NCBI GenBank assembly: GCA_021463645.1 | Contig: JAJTYI010000004.1 | Location: 174,277 to 238,276, forward strand | Length of the DNA stretch: 64,000 bases | Origin: a bacterium | Lineage (GTDB): Bacteria > Patescibacteriota > Dojkabacteria > B142 > OLB20 | Direction: 5' to 3' | Shown here: positions 1 to 8,807 of the stretch, piece by piece | Layout of the letters: each line of letters begins with the position of its first letter | How positions within the stretch are numbered: the first letter of the stretch is position 1 | The notes under the pieces: model-generated | What the model saw: the letters and a program-made list of their open reading frames with translations, nothing else | Told to the model about the DNA's origin: nothing | The model's database searches: none | Program-made: the position numbers and the translations under genes

Positions 1-1
1 T

Positions 2-643
2 TTCGACGACCGAATTGATCCCGATGTGCTTGAAAATGTTTTGGAAAGTATTAAATTACTTGAGAAGCAAGGAGCTGAGCTTGTAGATATCGACTTACTG
101 GATCCGAAATATTCAATAGCAGTTTATACAGTTGTTCAGAGAAGTGAAGTCTCCTCGAATTTAGCGCGGATTGATGGCATAAGATATGGTCATTTTTCAG
201 AGAAAAATGCCGAAACTCTTTTGGACCAAATTGCTCTTAATCGAGGTGAAGGATTTGGTCACGAAGCAATTCAGAGAAGTATGACTGGAGCATATACTCT
301 CTCGTCAGGGTATTACGATGCATACTACAAAAAAGCTCAGCAAGTAAGGACTTTGATAATTCGAGATTTTGATAAAGCATTTGAGAATGTGGATGTGATT
401 ATGGCGCCGACTATGCCAACAACTGCACCTAAACTTGGCGTGACAAAGAACAATCCAATTTTTGGTGAACTTGCAGATGTTCTCACCGAACCAAGTGCTT
501 TGGCAGGTCTTCCATGTATTAGTATTCCAACAGGCTATGACAAAAATGGTTTACCAATAGGTACACAGATTATTGGAAAGCAATTTGATGAAAAATCAGT
601 TCTTACAACAGCGCATTTATTTGAAAAACTATTAAATAATTAA
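2..643 (+). CDS. gatA: Glu-tRNA(Gln)/Asp-tRNA(Asn) amidotransferase subunit A, C-terminal part (5' end outside window)
   Basis: Frame is open from the window edge (nt 2). C-terminal amidase-family sequence is present (AYTLSSGYYDAYYKKAQQVR, ALAGLPCISIPTG, GLPIGTQIIGKQFDE). The stop lies 1 nt before the gatB start. Confidence 0.92.
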   Translation, partial: FDDRIDPDVLENVLESIKLLEKQGAELVDIDLLDPKYSIAVYTVVQRSEVSSNLARIDGIRYGHFSEKNAETLLDQIALNRGEGFGHEAIQRSMTGAYTLSSGYYDAYYKKAQQVRTLIIRDFDKAFENVDVIMAPTMPTTAPKLGVTKNNPIFGELADVLTEPSALAGLPCISIPTGYDKNGLPIGTQIIGKQFDEKSVLTTAHLFEKLLNN

Positions 644-644
644 A

Positions 645-2081
645 ATGTATCAACTTGTAATTGGTTTGGAGGTTCATATCCAACCATCTACAAAATCAAA
701 GATGTTCTGCGGATGTAACGCCAAGTATTTTGGTAGTGCTCCAAATACTTATACTTGTCCTGTTTGCTTAGGACTACCTGGAGCATTGCCAGTTCCAAAT
801 AAAGTGGCAATTGAAAAATGTTTGAAACTAGGATTAGCTCTAAACTGTAAAATCAATAAACAATCAAAATTCGACAGAAAACATTATTTCTATCCTGACT
901 TACCGAAGGGATATCAGATCTCACAGTATGATATGCCATTCTGCTACGAAGGTTTTCTCGAAATCGACACTGACAAAGATGCTAAGAGAATTAGAATAAC
1001 GAGAATTCATATGGAAGAAGATACGGCAAAGTCCATTCATAACGAAAATGAAACTCTCATCGATATTAACAAATCTGGTGTACCCCTCGTCGAACTTGTC
1101 ACGGAACCTGATTTTCAAGATATTAAAGAAGTCCTCGCTTTTGCGAAAAGACTTCGACAGATTGTGAGGTATTTAGATATAAGTACTGCTGATATGGAAA
1201 AAGGTCAGATGCGTTTCGAGCTCAATATGTCTTTGAAAAAGGCTGGCGACAAAGGTTTACCAAAATATAAAGTTGAAGTGAAAAATATCGGATCAATTTC
1301 CGTTCTTGAGAAAGTAATAAACTATGAATACGAAAGACAGAGTAAAATTCTAGATGACGGTAAAAATCCAGATCAGGAAACGAGAGGCTTGAGAGATTTG
1401 TCTGGTAAAACTCATAGCCAGAGAAAAAAAGAAGTAGCTGAGGATTATCGATATTTCCCAGAGCCAGATATTCCACCAATAAACGTTGACGATAAATGGC
1501 TCGAAGAAATTAAAATCCAGATAGGAGAGCTTCCGCAAGACAAAAAATACAGATTCATCGAGAACTTTAAGCTCGAACCATCTACTGCAGAGACTATTAT
1601 CTCAAATAAAAATCGTGCGCAGTGGTTTGAGGATGCTATTGAAAACGAAAAAAATCACGAGACAATCGCACTTTTTGGAAAATGGTTTATTCGAGATGTC
1701 TTGGGAATGGCAAAGGTAGACAAGATTAAACTCAAAGACTTGAAGTTCGGTGGTAAAGATTTATTGGAGTTGGTTCAAATGATTAGGAATGGAGAGCTTT
1801 CTGGTACATTGGCCAAGCAAGTACTTGATGAAATGTACAAGACAGGTGCCAAACCTCAGGAAATTGTTGAAAAACGTGGTCTCAAATTGGTTAGTGACGA
1901 AGGTGAACTTAATGAAATCGTAGACCGGGTATTGCGAGATAATTCAAAAGTTTTGGATGATATTAATAAAAATCCAAATATTATAAAATTCCTACTTGGT
2001 CAGGTGATGAAGATGACAAAAGGTAAAGCAGATCCTCAGAAAGCAATGAAATTAATAGAATCAAAACTTTCGAAAAACTAA
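645..2081 (+). CDS. gatB: Asp-tRNA(Asn)/Glu-tRNA(Gln) amidotransferase subunit B
   Basis: 478 aa. N-terminal GLEVHIQ..KMFCGC..CPVCLGLPGALP motif and C-terminal helical tail typical of GatB. Directly follows gatA. Confidence 0.95.
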   Translation: MYQLVIGLEVHIQPSTKSKMFCGCNAKYFGSAPNTYTCPVCLGLPGALPVPNKVAIEKCLKLGLALNCKINKQSKFDRKHYFYPDLPKGYQISQYDMPFCYEGFLEIDTDKDAKRIRITRIHMEEDTAKSIHNENETLIDINKSGVPLVELVTEPDFQDIKEVLAFAKRLRQIVRYLDISTADMEKGQMRFELNMSLKKAGDKGLPKYKVEVKNIGSISVLEKVINYEYERQSKILDDGKNPDQETRGLRDLSGKTHSQRKKEVAEDYRYFPEPDIPPINVDDKWLEEIKIQIGELPQDKKYRFIENFKLEPSTAETIISNKNRAQWFEDAIENEKNHETIALFGKWFIRDVLGMAKVDKIKLKDLKFGGKDLLELVQMIRNGELSGTLAKQVLDEMYKTGAKPQEIVEKRGLKLVSDEGELNEIVDRVLRDNSKVLDDINKNPNIIKFLLGQVMKMTKGKADPQKAMKLIESKLSKN

Positions 2082-2145
2082 TTACCGTTTTAACTATTCA
2101 GCTAGCCTGATTCGTTTTAATTGACGAAGTAACCTAGCAAATACT

Positions 2146-2931
2146 ATGAAAGTAATTATCTGTAAACCCACAAATTTTGAAGTTGATTTTCAAGTCAATC
2201 CTAAATTAGATAAAAGACTTAAAATCGATAAAACAAAAGTTTTTGGTGAATATGTGGGATTAAGAACTGTATTAAAAGACCTCGGATTCGAAGTGATTGA
2301 AATTAATCAAGAACCAAACATGCCAAATATGGTTTATGTCGGTGATTGGGGGTTTTTACATGAAGACACTTTTTTTGTGGCTAAATTCAAGAAGACACCT
2401 CGGAGAAAAGAAAGCAAATACGCAAAGAACTTGATAGAAAGAATGGGATTTAAAACAACTACAACGCCAAATCGAGATTATTTTTCAGGGGCTGACCTAA
2501 CTAAGTCAAAAGATAAATATTACTTTGGATGGGGGAAGAGGACAGCTGTAAAATCACAGGATCATCTTGAGAAATTCTTGAACACAACTTTGATTGATTT
2601 TAAAATCACGGATCATATCTATAATCATCTTAATAAGTGTCTTGGACCAATTGATGACAATAATGTAGTCTATTACCCTGATGCATTTAACATGATTGAG
2701 CATGCTAAGGTTTGTTATCACTTTCCAAATCCAATAGCTGTTACTGATGAAGATGCAAAATTATATGCAACAAGTTTTATTAAGATTGAGGACAAAATAC
2801 TTGTTCCAAAAGGAATTTCCGAAGAATTGCACACAAGTCTGTTAGGATTGGGATTAGATATTATCGAACTCAAAGTTGATGAATATGTGAAAGGTGGGCA
2901 AGGTTTGAAGTCACTATGTTTATTTTTATAA
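2146..2931 (+). CDS. Guanidino-group-modifying (amidinotransferase/DDAH/deiminase-like, pentein fold) family protein
   Basis: 261 aa. Ordered pattern PNMVYVGD, PRRKES, FSGADL, GWGKRT, HLN and C-terminal GGQGLKSLC (candidate catalytic Cys) resembles the amidinotransferase/DDAH superfamily. Family-level call only. Confidence 0.55.
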   Translation: MKVIICKPTNFEVDFQVNPKLDKRLKIDKTKVFGEYVGLRTVLKDLGFEVIEINQEPNMPNMVYVGDWGFLHEDTFFVAKFKKTPRRKESKYAKNLIERMGFKTTTTPNRDYFSGADLTKSKDKYYFGWGKRTAVKSQDHLEKFLNTTLIDFKITDHIYNHLNKCLGPIDDNNVVYYPDAFNMIEHAKVCYHFPNPIAVTDEDAKLYATSFIKIEDKILVPKGISEELHTSLLGLGLDIIELKVDEYVKGGQGLKSLCLFL

Positions 2932-2942
2932 AATTTCCCAAC

Positions 2943-4043
2943 ATGCATTCAAATAATACAGACACAATTGTACAGTTAATTCACGATTTCGTTTCATTCA
3001 AAACCGTTTCTAGTGGAAGTGACATCATAAAAGAAGAACTGATAAATTTTATTGAATTATTTGTGCAGAAAGTTGGGTTACAAACTTATAAGTTCTATAG
3101 AAATGGAAAACCTTCAATGTTGATTTATCATCCACAAAAAGAGAATTGGAATTTCTCATTATTACTTCATGGTCATATAGATGTCGTTCATGCTCATGAA
3201 GAGCAATATCATACCTTCATCAACGAAGGTCGAATACATGGAAGAGGGACATTAGACATGAAAGGATCTGTTGCCGTATTTGTATTATTATTGAAGAATT
3301 TGTATTTATCAAATCAGCTCTCTCCAAATGTAGGAATTATGTTAACTTCTGACGAAGAACAAGGTGGTGTTGATGGCGTGAAATATCTTCTCGACGAAGA
3401 AAGTATAACATCGGATTTTTTCATCACAGGCGAGCCTACCGATTTGTATATTGTTAATAGACACAAAGGCGTATGGAGAAGTAAGTTAACCATTCAAGGC
3501 ACCAGTGCACATAGTTCAACACCTTGGCTAGGTGAGAATTCTTTACACAAAACCTCGAAGTACATTTCAGACTTTGTAGCTAAGAATCCACAACCCTTAT
3601 CTTCAGAGTGGAAAAGCACTTATAGTTTTAATAAAATAGAAAGTGGTGACTCAATAAATAAAATTCCTGATGTTTCATCAGTATGGATTGATATACGCTT
3701 TACCACAAATGAAGAATTGAATAATTTAATAAGCAGTATAAATGAAATTTTTAAGGATGTTGAAATCGAAACCCTTTTTACATCACCTCCGTTAGAAACC
3801 AGCGAAGATAATGAGAAAATTAAAAAACTCAATAATATAATTCAAGTTAAATTACGAAATAAATCAGAGTTGCATAGTAAAGAATATGCAACTGACGCAA
3901 GATACGCGAGTTTGCATAATATTCCTGCAATTGTATTTGGTCCGAGTGGTAATGGAATTCATGAGGTAGATGAATATGTGGAGATTTCGAGTTTAGAAAA
4001 ATACTACGAGATACTAGAAGATTTTTGTATGAATTTTAAATAG
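2943..4043 (+). CDS. M20 family metallopeptidase/deacylase (ArgE/DapE-like)
   Basis: ORF 2916-4043; the ATG at 2943 is preferred because it avoids overlap. Metal-ligand motifs HGHIDVV, GRGTLDMKG, SDEEQGG and GEPT match the M20 family. Confidence 0.8.
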   Translation: MHSNNTDTIVQLIHDFVSFKTVSSGSDIIKEELINFIELFVQKVGLQTYKFYRNGKPSMLIYHPQKENWNFSLLLHGHIDVVHAHEEQYHTFINEGRIHGRGTLDMKGSVAVFVLLLKNLYLSNQLSPNVGIMLTSDEEQGGVDGVKYLLDEESITSDFFITGEPTDLYIVNRHKGVWRSKLTIQGTSAHSSTPWLGENSLHKTSKYISDFVAKNPQPLSSEWKSTYSFNKIESGDSINKIPDVSSVWIDIRFTTNEELNNLISSINEIFKDVEIETLFTSPPLETSEDNEKIKKLNNIIQVKLRNKSELHSKEYATDARYASLHNIPAIVFGPSGNGIHEVDEYVEISSLEKYYEILEDFCMNFK

Positions 4044-4515
4044 TCTTATTGGATTTTCCTCTATGAACTTTGAGTGAAATAAGAGAGAGTGATGTAATTG
4101 CCAAAGTTGTTAATAGGGACATCACCGGGATTGTGATAAATCCTAGATATTCAAACTCTTTAACATCGCAAGGACGACCAACCCCGCAAGGTACAACTCC
4201 TAATCCAGTTTCTTGAATGTAGACGTGGTAAGCTGCTACGAGGATAGTTAAGATTGAAAAGGGAAGTATATAATAAGCTATTCGTTTTTCCTTCAACCAT
4301 AGTCCTATTGTCGAGATAATTGCAATTGGATAAATCCCCATTCTTTGGTACCAACACAAATCGCAAGGTGGAATCGAGTTATCAGGATTGAACAGATCCA
4401 TAGATTTAAGATTTGCTACAGGATCTCCATAGAATCCAATGTAGAGTGAACCAATTACAGCAATCCATACAAATAGGAAAATTAATTTTTCTGGGGTGAT
4501 TGTGATTTTTTTCAT
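4036..4515 (-). CDS. Disulfide bond formation protein, DsbB/BdbC family
   Basis: 159 aa with four hydrophobic helices. CDLCWYQR (CxxC plus WxQR) and a second Cys pair (PCGVGRPC), as in DsbB/BdbC. Confidence 0.8.
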   Translation of the reverse strand: MKKITITPEKLIFLFVWIAVIGSLYIGFYGDPVANLKSMDLFNPDNSIPPCDLCWYQRMGIYPIAIISTIGLWLKEKRIAYYILPFSILTILVAAYHVYIQETGLGVVPCGVGRPCDVKEFEYLGFITIPVMSLLTTLAITSLSLISLKVHRGKSNKTI

Positions 4516-4556
4516 TAAGAATAATTAGTTTGAGATTTAATTACGATTCGAACAGG

Positions 4557-4710
4557 CTTCTCGTCCCGCATTTGTAACATCATTAGAAATTAATCATATG
4601 AGTCGGGCGGGACTTCCCGTATAATCTCACTTCGTTCGATTTACGGGATAAACTTCTCGTCCCGCCTCTGTAACAATATCAGAGATAAATCATATGAGTC
4701 GGGCGGGACT
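4557..4710. repeat. Tandem duplication (96-nt period) carrying the 3' end of tRNA-Lys
   Basis: 58-nt copies at 4557-4614 and 4653-4710 (CTTCTCGTCCCGC..ATCATATGAGTCGGGCGGGACT). The second copy runs into the real tRNA-Lys. In the first copy the T-arm position holds an extended hairpin (GGCGGGAC..GTCCCGCC on the minus strand). Confidence 0.8.
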
Positions 4711-4766
4711 CGAACCCGCAACCACTGGCTTAAAAGGCCATTGCTCTACCATTGAGCTACCAACCC
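4695..4766 (-). tRNA. tRNA-Lys (anticodon UUU)
   Basis: Hand-folded 72-nt cloverleaf on the minus strand: acceptor GGGTTGG/CCGACTC, D arm GCTC-AATGGTA-GAGC, anticodon loop CTTTTAA, T arm GCGGG-TTCGAGT-CCCGC, discriminator A. No encoded CCA. Confidence 0.9.
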
Positions 4767-4842
4767 ATCTAAAAAGTCTAGGCTTTCACTTCGTTAAAGC
4801 CAGACTTTTTGATGCCCCGTACGAACGAAGTGAGTCACGGGA
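4751..4842. repeat. Copy 1 of a ~92-bp direct repeat: first 16 nt of tRNA-Lys, its 5' leader hairpin, and a CCCCG hairpin
   Basis: ATTGAGCTACCAACCCATCTAAAAAGTCTAGGCTTTCACTTCGTTAAAGCCAGACTTTTTGATGCCCCGT is identical over 70 nt to 4962-5031. Similarity continues with mismatches to 4842 and 5053. Confidence 0.85.
4771..4810 (-). terminator. Hairpin flanked by A-run and T-run (bidirectional terminator-like), 5 nt upstream of the tRNA-Lys 5' end
   Basis: AAAAAGTCTAGGCTTT-loop-AAAGCCAGACTTTTT forms a ~14-bp stem with one bulge and T-runs on both strands. Confidence 0.45.
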
Positions 4843-4961
4843 CCTCTATATTACTAAATTTAAAAGAACAATTTCTCTTCAAATACCCCCCGTACAACTT
4901 CGCTGTGCTTGTTTACGGGGCTAGTTCGGGTAAGCTCATAAATTCGCTAACCCCTCACTAG

Positions 4962-5053
4962 ATTGAGCTACCAACCCATCTAAAAAGTCTAGGCTTTCAC
5001 TTCGTTAAAGCCAGACTTTTTGATGCCCCGTTCGAACAGAGTGAGAAACGGGG
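4962..5053. repeat. Copy 2 of the ~92-bp repeat (orphan tRNA-Lys 5' fragment, positions 1-16, plus leader hairpins)
   Basis: See 4751-4842. Homology to the tRNA stops inside the D loop (after GGGTTGGTAGCTCAAT on the minus strand). Confidence 0.85.
4982..5021 (-). terminator. Second copy of the hairpin plus T-run; plausible terminator of the rnhB-yraN transcript
   Basis: Same sequence as 4771-4810, located ~180 nt downstream of the yraN stop on the minus strand. Confidence 0.45.
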
Positions 5054-5198
5054 CCTTTTCTAATAAAAATGTAAAAGGTCAACTAATTTGAATTCAGATT
5101 TTCTGTTGCCCCGTACGAACGAAGAGAGTTACGGGGCCTCTATATATCAAGAACTCTCGAAATTGCGAAGCAATTATCGAGGACCTAATTTAAAAGAA

Positions 5199-5585
5199 CT
5201 AAAAAATAGCACCTTTAATATGCTTTACCGCTATGATTTTATCATATCTTCCAAATATAACGCCAACAAAATCAATCCTCCAATCACAATTTTCTAAATT
5301 TTTTCTACTCAACCACACACGACATGTTTTTATAAGACTTTTAGTTTTCTTCTTGGTGATGGTTTGCTCGAGCATAATCTCGGATTTCGATGATAAGCTC
5401 TTTACTTCTATAAAAACAATTTCATTCCCATCCATGCAAACGAGATCGATTTCACCACCTTGTATAACAAAATTTCTATCTAGGATTTCAAAACCTTTTT
5501 TCTGTAGAAACTTTGAAACGAATTCTTCGCCAGCATACCCAACATGTTTATTATGAGATTTTCCTTTTATTGTTTGCGATATCAC
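5199..5585 (-). CDS. yraN: YraN family (UPF0102) endonuclease-like protein
   Basis: 128 aa. GYAGEEFVSKFLQKKGFEILDRNF..GEIDLV...IVFIEVKS matches the YraN/UPF0102 core. The rnhB-yraN linkage is classic. Confidence 0.85.
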   Translation of the reverse strand: MISQTIKGKSHNKHVGYAGEEFVSKFLQKKGFEILDRNFVIQGGEIDLVCMDGNEIVFIEVKSLSSKSEIMLEQTITKKKTKSLIKTCRVWLSRKNLENCDWRIDFVGVIFGRYDKIIAVKHIKGAIF

Positions 5586-6192
5586 CGATAGGCTTAAAAC
5601 TCAATCTATGCAATGGAGTTATACCATATTTTTTTATCGCATCGATATGTGTCGCGGTACCATATCCTACATTTTTTACAAAGTTATAATCAGGATATTT
5701 AGAGTCGAAATCATGCATTAACCTATCTCTGTATACTTTGGCAACAATCGAAGCACAGCTGATAGAGTAGTGGAGTGAGTCTCCCTTGAGTACTTGTAGT
5801 GAGTTCTTTTGTTTTAGAGTTGGGAAGTGTCCATCAATTAGAAAGTAAGTATCTTTGTTGGAATATTCTTCTAGTATGGTATGGATTAATGATTCCACAG
5901 TTTTCCCAATACCTGCTTTGTTAATCTGGTCAACTTCGCCAATTTTGATAATACTATCACTGCTATGAATTAATCCTGATATTAATTCTCGGTTTTTTTT
6001 GGTGACTTTTTTTGAGTCTGTAACTCCGGGGATAATTTTAGAATTTTGGGTATAGATGTAAGCTCCTACTACAACTGGTCCAGCAAAAGCACCACGACCA
6101 ACTTCATCGATACCGATGATATTTTTAAATCCTTTGGAAAGTAATTCTAGTTCGAGATGGTTACTTGCTGTCCTTATCGGCAGTTTCTTCAT
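5551..6192 (-). CDS. rnhB: Ribonuclease HII
   Basis: 213 aa with IGIDEVGRGAFAGPVVVGA and SIVAKVYRD motifs. Confidence 0.93.
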   Translation of the reverse strand: MKKLPIRTASNHLELELLSKGFKNIIGIDEVGRGAFAGPVVVGAYIYTQNSKIIPGVTDSKKVTKKNRELISGLIHSSDSIIKIGEVDQINKAGIGKTVESLIHTILEEYSNKDTYFLIDGHFPTLKQKNSLQVLKGDSLHYSISCASIVAKVYRDRLMHDFDSKYPDYNFVKNVGYGTATHIDAIKKYGITPLHRLSFKPIGDIANNKRKIS

Positions 6193-6676
6193 CTTTTGGT
6201 TCTGGTGTTTTTTCCTCTTTTACTTCTTCTACTGAGACTTCTTCCTCTTTTACTTCATCTTCAATCACTTCTTCTGGAGCGGAATCCTCTTCGGCAACAG
6301 CATAAAAATCCTCCAGTTGTAAACCTTCTGAAGTTCTAACTTTAAGGGCTTTTTTACCGATTCTGTCTCGTAAGTAGTAAAGTTTTGATCTTTTAGTATT
6401 TCCTTTTTTAGTAATAACAATCTTTTTAATGTTTGGGCTGTGTAATGGCCAGATTTTTTCTACGCCAATTCCTGAGCTGATTTTTCTGACTGTAAACATC
6501 TTTCTCAATCCTGAACCTTTGATAGCAATTATAAGGCCTTTGAATACCTGGATTCTTTGTCTGTTTTTCTCTCGAACTAATGTATGTACTTCGACCTGAT
6601 CTCCAACTGCGATCTCAGGAACTCTTCTAACAAAGTTCTTTTCAACTTTTGTAAGCAAATCTGTATTCATGATCAA
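6161..6676 (-). CDS. rplS: 50S ribosomal protein L19 with a ~55-aa acidic C-terminal extension
   Basis: L19 core (VGDQVEVH..RIQVFKG..IAIKGSG..FTVRK..GVEKIWPLHSP) followed by an E/D/K-rich tail (EEDSAPEEVIEDEVKEEEVSVEEVKEEK...). Confidence 0.93.
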   Translation of the reverse strand: MIMNTDLLTKVEKNFVRRVPEIAVGDQVEVHTLVREKNRQRIQVFKGLIIAIKGSGLRKMFTVRKISSGIGVEKIWPLHSPNIKKIVITKKGNTKRSKLYYLRDRIGKKALKVRTSEGLQLEDFYAVAEEDSAPEEVIEDEVKEEEVSVEEVKEEKTPEPKDEETADKDSK

Positions 6677-6747
6677 ATTTATAAATAATTACAACTGCAT
6701 AAAGCGATTAATGATTTTACCATCTAGTAGGTGCTTTTGTAAAAGTA

Positions 6748-7059
6748 TTAATCTAAATTATTTTTCTGGGATAGGACTTTGATTTCTCGAAGCTCCTGCC
6801 GTATATCTCTTAGTGCAATTTCTACTGCTGTTAAGCGAGATGCAATTTTATAGTCTTTGGTATCGTTCTCAAGAAAAAAAGTTATTGGTTTTTTCAGTAA
6901 ATCACTGATTTGCTGTAGTTTGTCAATTGGTGGACAAATACGATTTGATTCATAACCAGAAATGGTTTTATCTGAGACACTCAAGGCTACTGCTACTTGA
7001 AGTTGGGACATTTTTGCATCTTCTCTAGCGGTTTTAATTTTTGCACCAATATTGTTCAT
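6748..7059 (-). CDS. XRE-family helix-turn-helix transcriptional regulator
   Basis: 103 aa. N-terminal IKTAREDAKMSQLQVAVALSVSDKTISGYES is a typical HTH_3 segment. Confidence 0.8.
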   Translation of the reverse strand: MNNIGAKIKTAREDAKMSQLQVAVALSVSDKTISGYESNRICPPIDKLQQISDLLKKPITFFLENDTKDYKIASRLTAVEIALRDIRQELREIKVLSQKNNLD

Positions 7060-7090
7060 ATACTTGACAGAATAATAATTAACTATTTAA

Positions 7091-7705
7091 TTACTTTTCC
7101 AGTGCTTTTTGAATGAGTTCCCAGCGAAATCCTTTTCTGAGGAGAAATTGCACTATTTTTTCATTCAATTGCTCTGTTGTAAGGTTCTTGTGTATTAGCA
7201 ATCTTCTTTTCTTCTCAGCAAGTTGTTTTATTGAAGAAATCTCATTCTCTGATAGGTCCGCTTTCCCAAATGCGTTTTCAATTATATCATTACTTATGCC
7301 TTTACCAAGCAATTCACTTCTTATTTCGTTAATACTTCGATTTTTGAAAGTGACTCTTTGGTCAATCCACCATTCCGTAAACTTTGTATCATCAATATGT
7401 CCCTCTTTTTTCAATGTTTCTATTATCTCATCTTGATTCTTATTTTCTTGCTTTGAGAGATATTGTCGAACTTCTTTTTCAGATCTGGGTCTTCGAGAAA
7501 TAAGATTGATTAATTTTACTTTTAATTCGAGAGTTTCAGTTAATAATTTAATCCTATCCAGATCCTCTTCTGTGATTTCCTTATCGATATATAAGTTTTC
7601 GTCAACAAGTATACTTTCTAATACACTAAAAGTATACTTTGAGTCAACATAAATGGCAATCTTTTGTGCATTTCGCACACCTCTTTTGAGTCTGGTGATC
7701 TTCAT
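7091..7705 (-). CDS. recX: RecX family regulatory protein
   Basis: 204 aa, all-helical repeat protein. RRPRSEKEVRQYL and later repeats resemble the RecX three-repeat architecture. Confidence 0.7.
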   Translation of the reverse strand: MKITRLKRGVRNAQKIAIYVDSKYTFSVLESILVDENLYIDKEITEEDLDRIKLLTETLELKVKLINLISRRPRSEKEVRQYLSKQENKNQDEIIETLKKEGHIDDTKFTEWWIDQRVTFKNRSINEIRSELLGKGISNDIIENAFGKADLSENEISSIKQLAEKKRRLLIHKNLTTEQLNEKIVQFLLRKGFRWELIQKALEK

Positions 7706-7708
7706 CTA

Positions 7709-8737
7709 TCAGATTTTCATCAGATATTGAACAGTTAATCCGGGCTTTTTGGACTCTATCGCAGATAATTCGGGAAAAAGTATATTTTTTAGAGACATGC
7801 TGTATAGCGAAAATGGATTATCTTCGTTTTCGTACCTAATAAAGTTTGGATTATTAAGACTTGCTAGACTTGCTATTAAGTCATACGCTTCTTTATCTTC
7901 TCCTAATTCATCGATAAGTCCGTTTTCTATAGCTTGTGTCCCTGTATAGACTCTTCCATCAGCTAACTCAATAACTTCTTCTTTGGTCATGCCTCTTCCG
8001 TCAGCAACTATCTCGATGAACTCGTCGTAAATATCATCTAAGATTCCTTGATAAAGGATGTAAGCTTCACTTTCTTTGTCTTTTAGGTCTTCTCCCGCTT
8101 TATTTTTACCTTCAGTATTAACTATATTTACTTGTTCTAGTCCTACTTTGTCAAATAGTTCCTCATAATCAACGTATGATGCTATAACTCCGATACTGCC
8201 CGTAACTGTTACTTCTGATGCTACTATTTGATCTGCAGGTGCTGAAACCATATAACCTCCTGATGCCGCGGTATCTTGCATGAATGCTACAACAGGTTTC
8301 CCAGTTTCTTTAAATTCCACTACTTTATTGTAAATTAGTTTTGAGGCATAGACATCTCCACCAGGAGAATCCACTTCAAGTAGAAGCGCTTTTACTAAGT
8401 CATCGTTTTGTGCTTGGTCAATCTTTTTAATTATTTCACTAGTCATGTCTGGAGTTTCGTTTCCCCACATATCGGTAGTTTTTTGTCTCGATATTACGTC
8501 TTTAACTTCAACGATAGCAACTGTTTGGGTTTCGTCCCCGCTTTGAACAACTTGAGATGAATATTGGTTTTCATCCACAGGAACAGAAGATAATGCAAAC
8601 ATAAAAACGCAACAGCATATTAGTAATGCGAAAAATGAGAAGATTATTAGTATAAGGATGGCTTTGTTACTTTTCATATTTGTAGATAATAAATTACTTA
8701 ATAAATTAAGATTAACATATAATTCTACAAAAAACAT
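7709..8737 (-). CDS. sppA: Signal peptide peptidase SppA (36K type)
   Basis: DSPGGDVYAS and AASGGYMVSAPADQIVASEVTVTGSIGV (Ser nucleophile region). N-terminal TM anchor. An alternative start at 8677 (MKSNKAIL) is plausible. Confidence 0.88.
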   Translation of the reverse strand: MFFVELYVNLNLLSNLLSTNMKSNKAILILIIFSFFALLICCCVFMFALSSVPVDENQYSSQVVQSGDETQTVAIVEVKDVISRQKTTDMWGNETPDMTSEIIKKIDQAQNDDLVKALLLEVDSPGGDVYASKLIYNKVVEFKETGKPVVAFMQDTAASGGYMVSAPADQIVASEVTVTGSIGVIASYVDYEELFDKVGLEQVNIVNTEGKNKAGEDLKDKESEAYILYQGILDDIYDEFIEIVADGRGMTKEEVIELADGRVYTGTQAIENGLIDELGEDKEAYDLIASLASLNNPNFIRYENEDNPFSLYSMSLKNILFPELSAIESKKPGLTVQYLMKI

Positions 8738-8807
8738 GGGGATATAATATGCGAAAATGCTACATATATTGAAAATTTTATGCTGGAAATATTGAGACTT
8801 TTAGGGG

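Noticed and set aside
4694-4924. 76-aa plus-strand ORF (MSRAGLEPATTGLKG...)
   Set aside because: It is the antisense reading of tRNA-Lys and the flanking hairpin repeats, not a protein gene.
4557-5140. Possible CRISPR array, given repeated units near tRNA-Lys (and similarly at 10950-11702)
   Set aside because: Each repeat has only two copies, with unequal lengths and spacings. The repeats contain tRNA fragments and there are no cas genes in the window. Segmental duplications are the better explanation.
5233-5556. 107-aa plus-strand ORF
   Set aside because: It is the antisense of the well-supported yraN gene.
6157-6339. 60-aa Leu-rich plus-strand ORF
   Set aside because: It is the antisense of the GAA/GAG-rich acidic tail of rplS, a compositional artefact.
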